Part shown: piece by piece, positions 1 to 12,800 of the stretch
How positions within the stretch are numbered: the stretch's first letter is position 1
Layout of the letters: each line of letters begins with the position of its first letter
From: Diplonema japonicum
Taxonomy: Eukaryota > Protista > Euglenozoa: Diplonemea
Length of the DNA: 64,000 nt
Assembly: GCA_964019335.1 (NCBI GenBank)
Contig: OZ025674.1
Coordinates: 62,001-126,000, forward strand
Direction: 5' to 3'
Position numbers and translations under genes: made by a program
The notes under the pieces: model-generated
Database searches by the model: none
The model's input: the letters and a program-made list of their open reading frames with translations, nothing else
What the model was told of the DNA's origin: nothing

Positions 1-725
1 CATCTGCTGAGGTTTTTCCTTTTCTTTTGCACTCATAATACTTTAAAAGTGAAAATTTTGCTTTTTCAAGGGGGTTTAAAGGGATTTTAGTCTTAAATAG
101 GCCAAAATGGCACTGTAAGGGTAAGTTCTCCCCACCCCATTTTAATAGTGATTTAGAGTCCAGCCCACCCAAAATGACCCCAAAGGTTTCACAGATTTTC
201 AATCTGCATCCATTCCTCCTATCGCTTTTCACGGAAAAACGAAAATAAAAAATGGGGTCTGGGTTATTTGTAACTTCCAAATTGAATCGTTTGCCAAAAA
301 CCATTTTAAAAAACATGTTTTTGCACGTGCGTTTTAAAAATAAAACAAACGGCGAGCATTTTGACCTATATGGTGATCAAGATTAGACTGCATTTCTGCA
401 CACAAAGTGGTGTCGGACTACTTTTTTACTTAGAAATTTAACGGGGGTTTTACGCCGCATAGGAGGGTCATTTGTTGACATTTTCTTCCGGACGAGCTCA
501 TATTAATTTTCCACTCTTACCCAGTGACAGTGCTTAGACACCGGTACACCTGAAGCACCGCTGTGCTAGTTGTCCCGCTCTCGAGCGCTAGGAGCGCCGA
601 TCTCTGCCCACAGAGGGCACGGTGTTGTTCCCATTGCGGGATATCTTTTATCCCTTTCCCCTCCCCTCCCCCGTTTTTTATTTTTCAACCCCTTCCCTGC
701 TTAGCCTACGCATTGCAGCACAGGA

Positions 726-2485
726 ATGGAGAGGAATGCAGGGACGGGGGGATCCTCAGGGGCGGGGGGGTCCTCGATGAAGGCGTTGGACGAAATTATG
801 TTGTTCGAAAAGCAAATTCATACCCTAAGCACGCAGCTGGGGAGGAAGGAAGAGGAGTACATTACCGCCCTAGAGGTCAGAGACAAGGAGCAGGTGGCAC
901 GGCTCGAGGATGAGATCAAGGAGATCACAGACAAGCGGGACTCCTTTCAGCACGTTTCGAATAAACGACGCGCCGAGCACGCAGCACGAGCGTCGGGTGG
1001 TGCAGGCCTCGTGACGGTCGTCTACACCTCTGACTTCACGGGGGCCATGTCCCTCGAGGACATCTCACGCATCACGTCGCGTTCTGTCACGCAGAACAGC
1101 CTGCTGGGTGTCACAGGGGTGCTGATGTTCAGCTTGGCATCCTGCAAGTTCCTCCAAGTGCTCGAGGGCCACGTGGAGACAGTCGGCACGCTCTTCAAAA
1201 AGATCGAAGCCGACACAAGGCACACACACATTGTGATCGTCAGGCGGCAGAACATCGATGTAAGACGCTTCCCCGACTGGCACATGCACCCCATGAACCT
1301 GGCAGAGCACGACAAGGCAGAGCAACCGCTTCAGACTGTCATGAGCCTCGTCACACAGCAGAACCACATTGCCAACCTGTGCCTGCACGCCAATATGAGG
1401 AACATCCTTGTAAAGGGAGGCAACCCTCTCTTCGTGCAGCCCAAAAAGATGAAGGCAATTGTCATGATGGTCGGCATCATCGCTTTCAACACCTTCGCGT
1501 GCATGGACGCACCTGCCTGCAGCGTGTCGAACCTCATGGCAACCTTCTCGGAGGTCGTCACGCGGTGCATCGAGGAGACAGTGGGCACTGTTATCAAGAC
1601 AGAGTCGGAAGTCATCCAGGCACAGTGGGGGTGCAGCAGCCTGAAGGATGCGAAGGCCTGTATGACGGCCATAGTGGAGTCCATTGCAAAGCTCCGTGCC
1701 ATAAGCACCTACTCCGTCGATCCTTTGGAGGCAAAGCCAGAGCTGCCCCTAGCCCAGTACTTATACCCCACAGTGAGCCTGTGCATGGGCAACGTGGTGT
1801 TGGTGCGGCATTCAACGTCTTGTGAAGTGAAAATCGATGTGGTGGGACCTGCAGTGCTGGAGTGCAAGGAGATGTTGAAGGAAGGCCTTACACGCAGAAT
1901 GCAGGCAGTGGTCTCCGGGGGGCTGACAAACACATTGGCTTTCTCGAAGCAGTACCATATGCAGGAGCTGTCGCCGAAGTGCTTTGCTATCACGTCACCA
2001 GAGCCCCCACCCGCTGACTTGGAAAAGCGGATCAACCACATGGTGCACGAGCAAAAGGTGGGCTTGCAGGACCCGCAGCTCGAAGAAACACCTGCCCCCG
2101 ACAGTGAGCTCTTCCTCGAAGAAACTGCTGAGATGGTGGAAGAGGTTCACAAGACTCCTTCTGAGCTTGTAATGCCTGCGCATCCATATCCGTCGCTCCC
2201 CCTGCATGCTCCCCTCCCCTGCGGCCCGTTCTCTGACCGCGTCGTTCTCACGGACCATGACCTTAAGACGCAGTTCGAGTCGCTGGATGTTGCCGACTTA
2301 GGTACCGTCCCTACAGAAACCTTCCTTAAGTTCTACAATAAGTTTGACAACATGGGTGTCACGAGTAATTGCAAGGTATGGTACTAACGAGACAACACGC
2401 ACAGGTGGAGTATGCCCTACGGGACAAGAAGGCTGTTTCATACGACGAGTTCTGCCTGTTCATGCTGCAGCTGGCGCAGGAGTGA
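726..2485 (+). CDS. BLUF-domain photoreceptor, bPAC-like, with degenerate class III cyclase domain and C-terminal EF-hand module (exons 726-2375, 2405-2485)
   Basis: BLUF motifs VVYTS, SVTQNSLLGVTGVL, FLQVLEG, DTRH and RRFPDWHM; PAC-type linker QPLQTVMSLVTQQNH...KGGNPLFVQP; cyclase-like fold follows. Removing the 29-nt intron gtatgg-tactaac-...acag (2376-2404) completes the EF-hand (QFESLDVADLG...VSYDEFCLFMLQLAQE*). Confidence 0.9.
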
Positions 2486-2611
2486 CAAGATCTTGGCGAC
2501 TTCTCTATCGAGGGGCCTGCCTTCTGAGAGGAAGGCTTCACCTTTAAGTTTAAGTTTTGATTTACACACTTTATTCTATTGCGATTGTGCTCCTGTAACT
2601 TGTCATAGGCT

Positions 2612-2941
2612 ATGTCCGAGCAAGAGCAGGGCGTGTACACTCGGGAGGCTCTTCCGAGTATTAAGACCGAGTGGGATCAGCAAATGGCAGAAGTAGGCCA
2701 CATGCTAAAGGATGTTGAGGTGAAAGAATCCAGTGGGACCGAAGTGCGAGGTGTGCTGACTCTGCTGGAAGGAGAGGCTGTGGAGGTGCGCATGATAGTG
2801 GGCAGAGGCGTGCTTGTGGTTGTAGGTGGGGAGGAAGTCTTCTACGACTGTATCCACACTTTTATTACAAACCGCTCGAAGCAAGGGAGGAACCTCTTTG
2901 CGAACGACCTTGTTTCTAAGCTTGGCATGCTTGCTTCTTAG
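2612..2941 (+). CDS. GSKIP-domain (DUF727) protein
   Basis: 109 aa; LTLLEG, FYDCIHTFITNRS and LFANDLVSKL match the GSKIP pattern (TTLEG...YET..ALL...S...F...L..KL). Confidence 0.7.
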   Translation: MSEQEQGVYTREALPSIKTEWDQQMAEVGHMLKDVEVKESSGTEVRGVLTLLEGEAVEVRMIVGRGVLVVVGGEEVFYDCIHTFITNRSKQGRNLFANDLVSKLGMLAS

Positions 2942-3002
2942 TTATGCATTTTGGCATCCAGTACACCACACCACACAGGGCCAGGGTTAGGTCGGATTCA
3001 AA

Positions 3003-4770
3003 ATGGATGAGGACCAGTTCCTTAACTCAGAACTAGCGTCGCATCTCACAGATATCCTTGTGACGGTCATCAGGGAGAAGCCAAATGACGGGCTGCGGTT
3101 GTTCGAATCCTTGTCTGCCTTCAGCAGGACGGGCAAGATGGTTCCAGACGCGGAAGCCAATGTGTACTCCGGCGATGACGGTGCAGGTAAGCCGATTATA
3201 ACAACCGCGGAACTAGCTAGCGTGGACTGGGCCAAGATGTTTTCTGAGATGGTGGTGCCCCCCAAGCCTGCTAAGAAAGCACCGAAGGGCGATGAGGAGG
3301 ACGAGCCAGAACCAGAGCCTGAGGAGACAGAGGACAAAGGCGAGCTCGCAGACATTATGTCCGAACAGCAGGTGTTCAACCTCCTAGGAACAGGGCTGGG
3401 TGAGAGTGAGGTGTACAGGCTCATGGTGTCCTTAAAGAGGCTGCTCGACAAGGAGCCTCTGAAGTCAGCAAGGTTCTTCGGCAAGATCCTCGCCATCAAA
3501 TGTGACTACTACATTGCAGAGACGGAAGTCGACCCTGAGCGAGAGCCCGAGCAAGAGGAAGCCGATGCAGGCGGTGATGACCAAGAAGAGGGACAGGGAA
3601 AAGGCCCCGAAACTATCCTGGAAGTGCTGCACGTGAACAAGGGAGTGAAACAGCCACCCATCCCTCAAGAGACGCCCAACCAACCTGGGTCGAACAAGTA
3701 CAGGTACTGGGTCACCACTGACCTGTGCCACTGGACCCAGCTACCGGACGTCAAGCCATGCCACATTCAAGCCTCCCGCCTTATTAAGAAAGTATGGACA
3801 CAGTAAAAAATATTAGTATCACAGCTGTTCACGGGTGATCTGACTGCAGCTGTCCAGTGCCACCCACCCTTCCCGGGCTCTGAGCAAGAGTACCTCCGTG
3901 CACAAATAGCTAGAATTTCGCACGGGTGCAAGGTACGCGGCAACACTCCACCACATACCACTACAGATCGCACCGAAGGGCATGTTCGAGACGCCAGCCG
4001 AAGAAGAAGAAGATGAGGATGCACCACCGAAAACAACACACAAGGTGTGCTGAGTTATTCACAAATAACATTCGCAGCGAGCACCTTACGAAGCCGTTCC
4101 TGAGATCACGGCAGTGCCAACCGATGAACTGCCCGACCCAGACGATGATGCATGGGGCAAAGAGGCCTTCGCCACGTGGGGGAAGGGGTATCCCAACGAT
4201 GCTCTTCTTGGGATGCAGAATTGGGTACATCTGGAACCTACATTGCTGCAGACACAAGGCCGAACTTGTGAACACATCTTCCCTAATGAAGAGGGCGAGG
4301 AAGAAGGGGAGGAGGGGGAGGGCGCTGAAAAGCCGCCCATTGAGCTTATCAACCCAATGTGCAGTGACCTGAGTCTGGATGACAAGGTGGTGTACGTGCA
4401 CCACACAACACCAGAGCACGCTGCTTGGAGTGTGAGGAAGGCTAACAGCCAGCCATCAACGCTCGCAACGCAGTCGTTTTTAGTACGTTCCCTTAGGTGG
4501 CCAGGTGCTTCCTGCTTCGCTCAGATCAACCAAGACACACCAGGTGCTCAGTTCTGTAACACATATATTGGTAACGGCCTTAAAGCAGCGTCAACAACCA
4601 CCTTCACACCACCCACACCAGTTGTCGTGGTCGCAGCATCGAGGAAGGAGCCGCTGTTGCAGACAGATTTCACGCCTGACGACGAGCTGGAATTCGCACC
4701 TCCACCACCGCCACCAGCAGCCATTAAACCTGAAGAAGAGGAAGAAGAAGAGGAGGAGGATGATAAGTGA
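3003..4770 (+). CDS. RSP4/6: Flagellar radial spoke head protein RSP4/6 (exons 3003-3791, 3825-3932, 3967-4044, 4078-4770)
   Basis: [27 protein letters not shown], spliced IKK|LFTGDL...[29 protein letters not shown] and NTYIGNGLK. Three 33-34 nt phase-0 GT-AG introns join the two ORF-track fragments in frame. Confidence 0.92.
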
Positions 4771-4860
4771 ACCAAGTAGTCCCTAAACACCACGAACTAT
4801 GTAAAATACGATGCAGTTCTGGTTTTTTCTGTTCCCCTGTCGCTGTACATATCATCACAG

Positions 4861-5935
4861 ATGGAAATCACCGAAAATGAAGCAAAGCGTCGGCGCATGG
4901 CGTGTATCAAGGGGGTCAGAGAGTTCCCCGACCTTGGGATACCCGCGGGTGCGTTCAGAGTGCCAGACTATATCTTGGAACGCGGGAAGTGGATGGTGCC
5001 GAAGGACGCGGACGCTCTGGGGGTGATGGCACGGGGGTGCTGCACGATCGATGAACTGACCTTTTTGGTCTTGGGTGGGAAGCTGGACGAGCTAGGCGAC
5101 AGGGAAGAGATAAAGAGGTTTTCAAGGGGAGCCCTGGAGAGCAGGATAGAGAAAATGCAGCAGCTTGTAGTAGATGACGGACAGGAGTCGATGGAAGCTA
5201 GAAAGCTGATGAAGAGCTCGAAATTCATCGAGTGCTTGGCGATGCAAAGGCTAGAGCAGCTCGCGCAACAAATGGCGGAAGACTCGGATGAGGACACAGA
5301 ACCCACACGGCACGAACAAGTGCGGGACCAGGAAGTGGAGTTACCAGCGTGGGCTAAGGAAGTGAGCGAGCTGACGGGGTATACACCAGAGACGCCTAGC
5401 ATGTGTGACATGGCGTGCCAGACCGACATTAGTGATAACCTCACACCTGATGATGAAAACACACAAGAGCCAATCGCGTCCCTTGTCACAGTGAGCCTCG
5501 GGCTGTTGCTAACTACCCCAAGAACAGGGTCAAGCTCAAGCACCCCACCTCTCACCACACGCAGAGCTTACAAACCCTATGCCAGCCTTATGATCCACGA
5601 TGCCTCGTGCACTATACCTATGATGCTCCCGACGCTGTACATCGGCAGAGGAGCTTCGTCTCCCTCGGCACTCGACATATCCAAGTACTCGAATCATATG
5701 AAACGGATTTCTAAAAAGCAACTCCTTCTGGTTGCCGAGCCTGGAGGGATACGGGTCCTGCCGCTTGGCAGGAACAGTGTTGATGTTAGTATGTTGCAAA
5801 CATTGACACACTACCACAGGCATCGGCGAGCAAGAGACACAGAGCTTGTCTGTGGACACAGCACCTCTTCTCATATCACAACGAGCAGTGCTCACTGTTG
5901 TCGACGTGACGATAGTGCTGATACCTGCTATGTAG
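4861..5935 (+). CDS. C-terminal FHA-domain protein, possibly MCRS1-like (exons 4861-5788, 5820-5935)
   Basis: YIGRG...LDIS...ISKKQ...LGRNSVDV is an FHA pattern. The 31-nt intron 5789-5819 gives a beta-strand-like end (...AVLTVVDVTIVLIPAM*) and removes the overlap with the next gene. The N-terminal W..D..L...RF...RI motif only weakly recalls MCRS1. Confidence 0.65.
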
Positions 5936-5977
5936 TTCTATTGGTACATGTGCCTTCGGCGCCAATGACATGTAGGA

Positions 5978-6793
5978 ATGGGGGGCATGCATGTCAATGT
6001 CTCGCGGCACATCGAAAACGAGTTCGTGAAAGCTGCTAGTACCTGCTGGGTGGCGGACAGCTGTGACTCCGAGTTGGGGGAAAGGCAGGATATAGGGTTT
6101 CAACAACTAATCAAAATGGAACAGGTGTCGGGGTTGCCTGTGGACTTTAGCCATCTGGGTGTTCTGTTTGTGCTCGACACGACGCAGACGGGAAGGTTCG
6201 GACTGCATGACCTTCTGGCTTTTTCAGAATGGTGCACAGAAAATGTCACTGAAGACTTAGCAGACGAGGCATTCCAGCAGGAGATACAATGTAAGGCGAT
6301 CCTGAAACTCTGGAAAACATTTAGGGAGAAAGGTCCACTTGGTCCCGAGTTCTTCGCAAGCTGGCTGATCGAGGTTATCAGGCAGAGTGATGCCCAAGAA
6401 GTGCGCGAGCACCCGTGCATGCCTTACTCGCCATCGGCAAGCTCTCTTCAAGAATCACGAACATCTTTCAGTGACGTGCTGACCAACACTTGCACCACAG
6501 ATGGTGACTTAACCCACATCACAGGTTCGCAGTTGGAAGTCCTCTACCAACTTCTATCCATACAAGAGTGCCATGGGATAGACTTCCAATCCTTTCTGAA
6601 TCTCCTCTACATGTCAGGTGTCCATGCAGAGCCCACCCCAGCCTCCTCCCCTACTAACCCCACAAACCTTACATACTTCTCTTTGAACATGGCGAAGGGC
6701 ATACCCCTTGCTGTTGTCACTCCCTTCTTGCACCAGTTTATCTTGTCGTATTTCAAGCTCCTCACGAACCTGGGTCTTGATGCCCTGACGTAG
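5978..6793 (+). CDS. EF-hand-like protein
   Basis: LFVLDTTQTGRFGLHDLLAF EF-hand-like loop; intact 271-aa ORF. Confidence 0.65.
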   Translation: MGGMHVNVSRHIENEFVKAASTCWVADSCDSELGERQDIGFQQLIKMEQVSGLPVDFSHLGVLFVLDTTQTGRFGLHDLLAFSEWCTENVTEDLADEAFQQEIQCKAILKLWKTFREKGPLGPEFFASWLIEVIRQSDAQEVREHPCMPYSPSASSLQESRTSFSDVLTNTCTTDGDLTHITGSQLEVLYQLLSIQECHGIDFQSFLNLLYMSGVHAEPTPASSPTNPTNLTYFSLNMAKGIPLAVVTPFLHQFILSYFKLLTNLGLDALT

Positions 6794-6866
6794 CCAGCTT
6801 TTCAGTGGCTGATAATTTAGTTACGTTACGAAGGCGCTGCCAAGAGCCAATCACAAACAGCGCAAC

Positions 6867-9800
6867 ATGGCGGAGTCCCCTTCCCCTTGGAAGGTGAAGG
6901 TGGAGGTTCTCGATGTGTGGGACAACGAACTGCAGATAAAGGTGGTGAGCGACTCGTTCAAGCAGATAAGCAGGGCGCGACTAATGGTTCGGGGACCGCA
7001 CTTTAATTTCGAGCGATTTTTTGAAGAGAAAGAATGCCTGGAGCCTATTGTCTTGAGTCTTCCCGAAGGGGCTAAAATTAAGTTACGTGCTTCTGGGCAA
7101 TTCAAGATACCTGGCGAGGAGCCCGAGTGGTGTGCGTGGGCTGATAGGACGATCCAACTGATGCAGCCCTTGGAAGTGTCGCAGGGCGTAGTCTTCCCCG
7201 ACAGGGTGCACCTCAGGTGGTGCGTGGGCGGGGTTGACAAGCACCACTACTCACCAATCTCCCACTACACTGTCTCTGTCGTCGACAAGCTGCGGATGCT
7301 CACAGCACCTGTCTTTGAGCGCGTGCTCGAGTCGAAGGGTCTAACGCAAGAGCTTACTGTCGATAATCTGGAACCCTATCATACTTATTTAGTTAAAGTC
7401 CGCCCCAAGCGGCAACACGGCGGTTGGGGGACATGGAGCAGCGAAGTAAAATGCCTCACACTGTACCCCGTACTTACGAAGGGCATCGAGCTGGGACAAG
7501 ACTTCTTGAAGATCATGTTCACGCGCGACACTGGTGTGGCTTTCGACAGAAGGCAGCCTTTCATGGATGCAGATGCTGACTTCCGGGAAGCCGACGCCAC
7601 GATCGAGGAGTACCGCATGAGCGTGGTCCGGCACGATGGTGCTCAAGTGTTCAGCAGGACGCTGCTGAATGCACCTCCGCATGCAAGAAATGAGTTCACC
7701 ATACATGGGCTTGAGCCAGACACAGTATTCGTGTTGAACGTTGCTGTGCTGAACGCTGTGGGTGACCAGAGCAAGACACGGAGGTGCCTGTTCAGGACAG
7801 GCCCGCCGCTGACCATACTGCGCATTAGGAAGCTAACGGCAACAGCAATGGAAGTGAGCTGGATGGTTGACGACAGGAGAAAGACCGACACGTCACTGGA
7901 GTACGACATGAAGTTCGACGACATCCCAAGCATCCCGCGCGAATACCAGCTACGACTAGTTTCTGCAACAGGCGAGGTAACAGCAACCAAGTCTGCTGAC
8001 ACTGTCCACTGGCTGCGCATGAACGAACTCCTCCCATGTACTGTCTACAACGTGCAGGTCAGGCAACGCAGCACCACGGGTCACGTTACGGATTGGAGCA
8101 GAAGCATTAAGGTCAGAACCTTGGACAAGATGATACCCATTATTGAACGCAGGAGTACCACCTTCATTGACGTGAGATGGGAACGTGAAATGGCATCCCT
8201 CATCGTGTCTGCTGCAAGCGGCGAGGTGGAAGAGAGCACTGTGGAGTACGACGGGGACGACATGGGTGAGGCACGGAAGATTATATCTACAAAAAGACCT
8301 CGTTTCAGGAACAGAGCCATCATCGACCCGATAGTGCCCATGGAGGACGCCAAGGCGATCCTTGTAGGGATAGTGAACAGGGAAGAAGAAGAGCTACTGG
8401 CACCGCAGCAGGCAAGCTATCATGGCGAAGGAGATGTGTCGTGGGGCAATGTGGCTGGTAGAGCAGATCTGTCTGCTGCTTCTGTGATCAGAGCCTTCGA
8501 CACGCCTATAGGGTCGACGCGCTTTGAGGGGTTGCTACCCGACACGGAGTACAGGGTGTCTTTGAACGAGCAGAACGACGAAGGGAAGTGGTACGGGCGT
8601 GTCTCAAAGTGCGTGACGACGCTGTCGGAAACAGTTACCGTTCTCCCCGAGCACGATATGATAACCTCCGACGTGCCGAGCATCGACACATGGTTCCACG
8701 ACGATGACGACTCCATCACAGAAAGTAAGGAGGCGGAAAACATGCTGGCGTTAAGCACCGAGCAGGCACCTGTCCGACTAGCTACAGAGGTGCAGGAAAT
8801 AGGCGAGGAGTATGCAGTCTTCGAGTGGGTCTTTAAAGACAACGCAAAAAAAATGCAGCAAACAGAGTTGCAGGGTTCCAAAGTGATGAAGTCGACCGAC
8901 GTTGAAAAGCTGAACAAGAACCCTGGCCACCAAGAATATCAGATCAAGTTATTTAGAAAGTTTACAGCTGAAGAGGCGAGCAGCAGACTGACATCCTCCA
9001 CTGTCCAGACCTTTTACTTACGCTGCAAAGGAAGGGCAACACGAATCTCTGGCCTGCTGCCAAACTCGTACTACTCTATGAGCATAGCAGTGTACAGCCA
9101 AACGGCCGGTCAATGGAGTGCTTGGAGCGCGTTCAGAACCTTCCCCACAGCAAGGCACCTTGTTCTGTACGTGCAAGCCGTTCACAGGAACTGCTGCGTG
9201 CTAAAGTGGACGAGAACAGAAGTTCCTCGGTGGGGCACTTCGGGGATGCAGCCTGTGATACGCGTTAGGAAGTACCTATTAAAAATCACAGACCTTGTCG
9301 AAGGCACGGAGAGACAAGTATCGCTCGACGATGAGGCGCACCCACGCACCACGTACTACAATTTGGCAGGGATCGAAGGGAGCACCATCTACCGCGTGCT
9401 CGTCGCACCACAATATTCCAACGGCTGCTGGGGCTCCTTTTGCGATCCTGTCGACGTGGTCTGCAATGCGCTGCCTTTTAAGATCGACTCCATCGGCGAA
9501 GCGTGCGTATCGGTCTCTTGGGAACCCACGCGTTACACGCTGTCCCGTGTGGCCAAGGTCGTGCTGTCGATCACGAACACATCGGGGGAATGGAAGGAGG
9601 ACACTGAGATCAATGTCTCGCACACTGCATACCAATTTACACGACTGCACCCGTGCACGGAGTACTCGATCAGCATCCATATTGTGGCACAAGTCACAGA
9701 CATCACACCACAACTGCTCAGTGAGCTGATGTCCGAGTCCAAGCGATGCCGAGAGTACACAAGAAAGCTAGTTACATACAACACCATCAAGCTTGACTTA

Positions 9801-12800
9801 GTTACAAAGGGTCAAAGCTATGGTGTCGTCAAATGGCCGCGTGTCATGAGCTATGTCGAGGACGTGAGTGGCAGCCCAGCGTGCCAGAAGGTGGCCGTCA
9901 GGAAGAGCATGCTGAACAAATCCGTCTTTCAGGAGAAGTGGATCGCTGAAAAGAAGAAGGTCAGACCCCTGGTCACATACCAGCTACTAGTTACAAACTG
10001 CAGCACGCGGAACACGACCTCCGAGTTGGTTTCCCCTGCTGCTTCTTCCATCATTCAACATGTCAAATGGCGGATAGCAGAGCTTCAACCGAACAGAAGG
10101 TATAGGGTGCAGGTACGAAGGAAGCTACTGTGTGGCACTTGGGGCATGAGCTCCAGTCCCGTGTACTTCACTACACACGCAGCATTAGTAATCAAGCTCA
10201 TGAGCTGCGGGGAGGACTTTCTGAGGATACACTGGGTGCGTGAATCGGCCAGGAACGTCCCGCTGCAGGAGCAAGACCCCGAAGCCGATACCGAGCCCAC
10301 CAACCAAAGCACTGTCAATGAGTACGCTGTGTGTTTAGAACCATACTCAGGCACGCCAAGCAAAACGGCTACAAGAAGTTTTAGTGTAAATGGAGCGGCG
10401 TGTCCCCCAGTAACACTTGAGCAGCGGGAGGGGAGCAGAGTTATAACTACGAGTAACGAGCAGCTTCTGTTGTCGAATTTGCGACCGCACTCTTTGTATG
10501 CCTTACGAGTGAGGCAGCTGGCGTACGACGAAAAGTGGAATGAGTGGTCTTCGAAGGTGCGGACGCAGACCCTCCCCTCGCTGCAGGTCAGTGTCACGTC
10601 GCGTGGTGTAGACTACTACACTATAAAGTGGCAGAGACCGCCTTCCACGAAGCTAATGGACATGTTGCGTGACACTCCCAACCAGCCTGACAGCAAGGTG
10701 ACAGCTGCATTTGCGGAGTGTCACCTCGACGGTGTACTTTGCGGCACTGCCACCACCACCTACGAGACCGCCATGGAGAGCGGCACCATAACTGTGGGCT
10801 CACTCCGCCCTTCTTCCCTGTACAAAACAAAGCTACGGCTGCAATACGGCAACGAAGTGATGGGGAATTGGTCGGAACTGCTGACTGTTGACACCCTGCC
10901 GCCTATCACAGTCGCTATCCCAAAGATAGGAGACGACAGGATTGTCTTCAGCGTCGCAAGAAACGAGTCTAACTTCACTAACGTGGACATCAAAGAGCAA
11001 GAGAAGGAGGGTTCAGAGAGACTTGCGAACGGACTGCACAGGCGGCGCAGCTTATGTTCATCCATCGTGGCTGTTGCCAAGATGCACCAGGACGGGAAGG
11101 TTGTAAGTAACGGGAAGCAGGTCCTCAGCGCAGAAGACGATATAAGTGGAATCATTGTGCCCAGCATCACGGCATGGCAGGTGTCTGTGTCCATACCCGA
11201 CGAGAACGGCTGTAGCGGTTGTGAGAAGCTCGTCACTGTTGACCCAGCGGGGGAGACTGCCACTATCGAAATACCAGAACTGACGGCAGACACCCTGTAC
11301 TGCTTGAAGGCAAGGTACGTAGATGAGCACATGAATGTATCGCCGTGGTCGGAGGTGCTGCACTGCGCCACGCTCCCCCTTGTTAACGTCACTGTGACAC
11401 ATGTTGCGGAGAGCTTTGTATACATAGCTTGGAAGAGACTGGACTTCTCGTATTCATGTAATCCGAAGTTAGCAGCACTACATGACATAGTCAGCGACAA
11501 GGGGTGCGACATCAAGTGGGACATCGTGGTGTACGACGACAGGGGGTGCGTGCAGAGGCACGAAGTGCCAGGTGACCACAGCACCATTAAGCTGAGTAAG
11601 TTGAAGCACAACATGCGGTACGCTGTAGCCCTGCGCGCTGCCACCATCTCCCCTGTGCAACACGATAGCGACTACAACAATTTGATGGATACCCCATGGG
11701 GCTCGTGGTCGGCGAAGGTGTACGTCACCACCCTGAACTGCGTACGGCACGTTATCGACAGGGTGGGTCTGGACTACGTGGTGGTGGCGTGGGACAGCAG
11801 CCACGTAGTAGCATCTCACACTGCTGTCATGAAAGGCAGACAACAGAGAGCCGGCACAACAATGGCACCGAAACAAGAAGTTTGGCTGCCCGCTGCGGTC
11901 CAGCACTACGAGGTACACTTCAAAAAGAAAGAAGACACCAAGCAAGCGAATGTCCTGAAGGTGCCCTTCCAGAGCGAGGGGAACATGTTGAGCACCATTG
12001 AAGGCATGCAGCCTGCTACGACATATGAGATCAAATGCAGAGCGAGCTATATCACATCCTCAGGACGTCGTGACAGTGGAGACTACACTGTGACACTGCA
12101 CGCCACAACCCTACCGTTGCCCAATTTGAAGACCGACGTAATCAAAGAAGACACTGCACGGTTCACCTGCAGCGCAGCTAGGTGGCACCCAAAAGTGCAA
12201 GAACCCATCCGGCACTTTAATGTGCTGTGTTCTAACATTCTGGTGAAGCAACAGCTCACCATGGATGTAACGAAGCCGGAAGCCCAGCACACGCTGGAGC
12301 TGACGGACTTGAAACTCGACACACGTTACGAGCTCAAGCTACGGGAAGCGCACGGCGAGGGTCACATCGGCGACTGGGTGCCGTTGTATCACTTCTATAC
12401 CAAGCCGCACATCCCCGTATCGGGAGACCTGTTGGAATGGAAGAATCAAGTCATCTGTTTCTCATTCGGCGTGCCCTCTGAAAGCGGTGAAAGGCTGATA
12501 GGGAAGAATGTTCCCCAAGGGTACAGGTTCTGTGTTGAGATTAGTACCAAAAACGACCAATCGAACAAGAAGAAAGATCTCGAATGGCAACAGCTCAAGA
12601 TCGTGCACGAAGGCCTGCTGCAGTGCCCGTTAGAGCACCCGATCAACCAGTGCTACTTCCGCGTAAAGAGTGCAAAGCACATGATGATGACGCATGGTGC
12701 AGAGATCCCCTTGTGGGGTGAGTATAGTACGCCCATGCACTGGAAGGAGCCGCAGCGGCCGAACAGCGTAACAGCGGTGCGTGTGGACAATCTGAAATCG

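Noticed and set aside
1-540. AT-rich non-coding start of the window, possibly a transposon end
   Set aside because: No partner TIR, TSD or coding remnant is visible within the window.
3792-4077. Stop-codon reassignment or programmed frameshifting to explain broken ORFs
   Set aside because: GT-AG mini-introns explain every break, and TAA, TAG and TGA all terminate genes.
5491-5527. gtgagc...gctaac...aacag intron-like segment; also 16612-16637 and 4392-4414
   Set aside because: Removal would frameshift conserved downstream domains.
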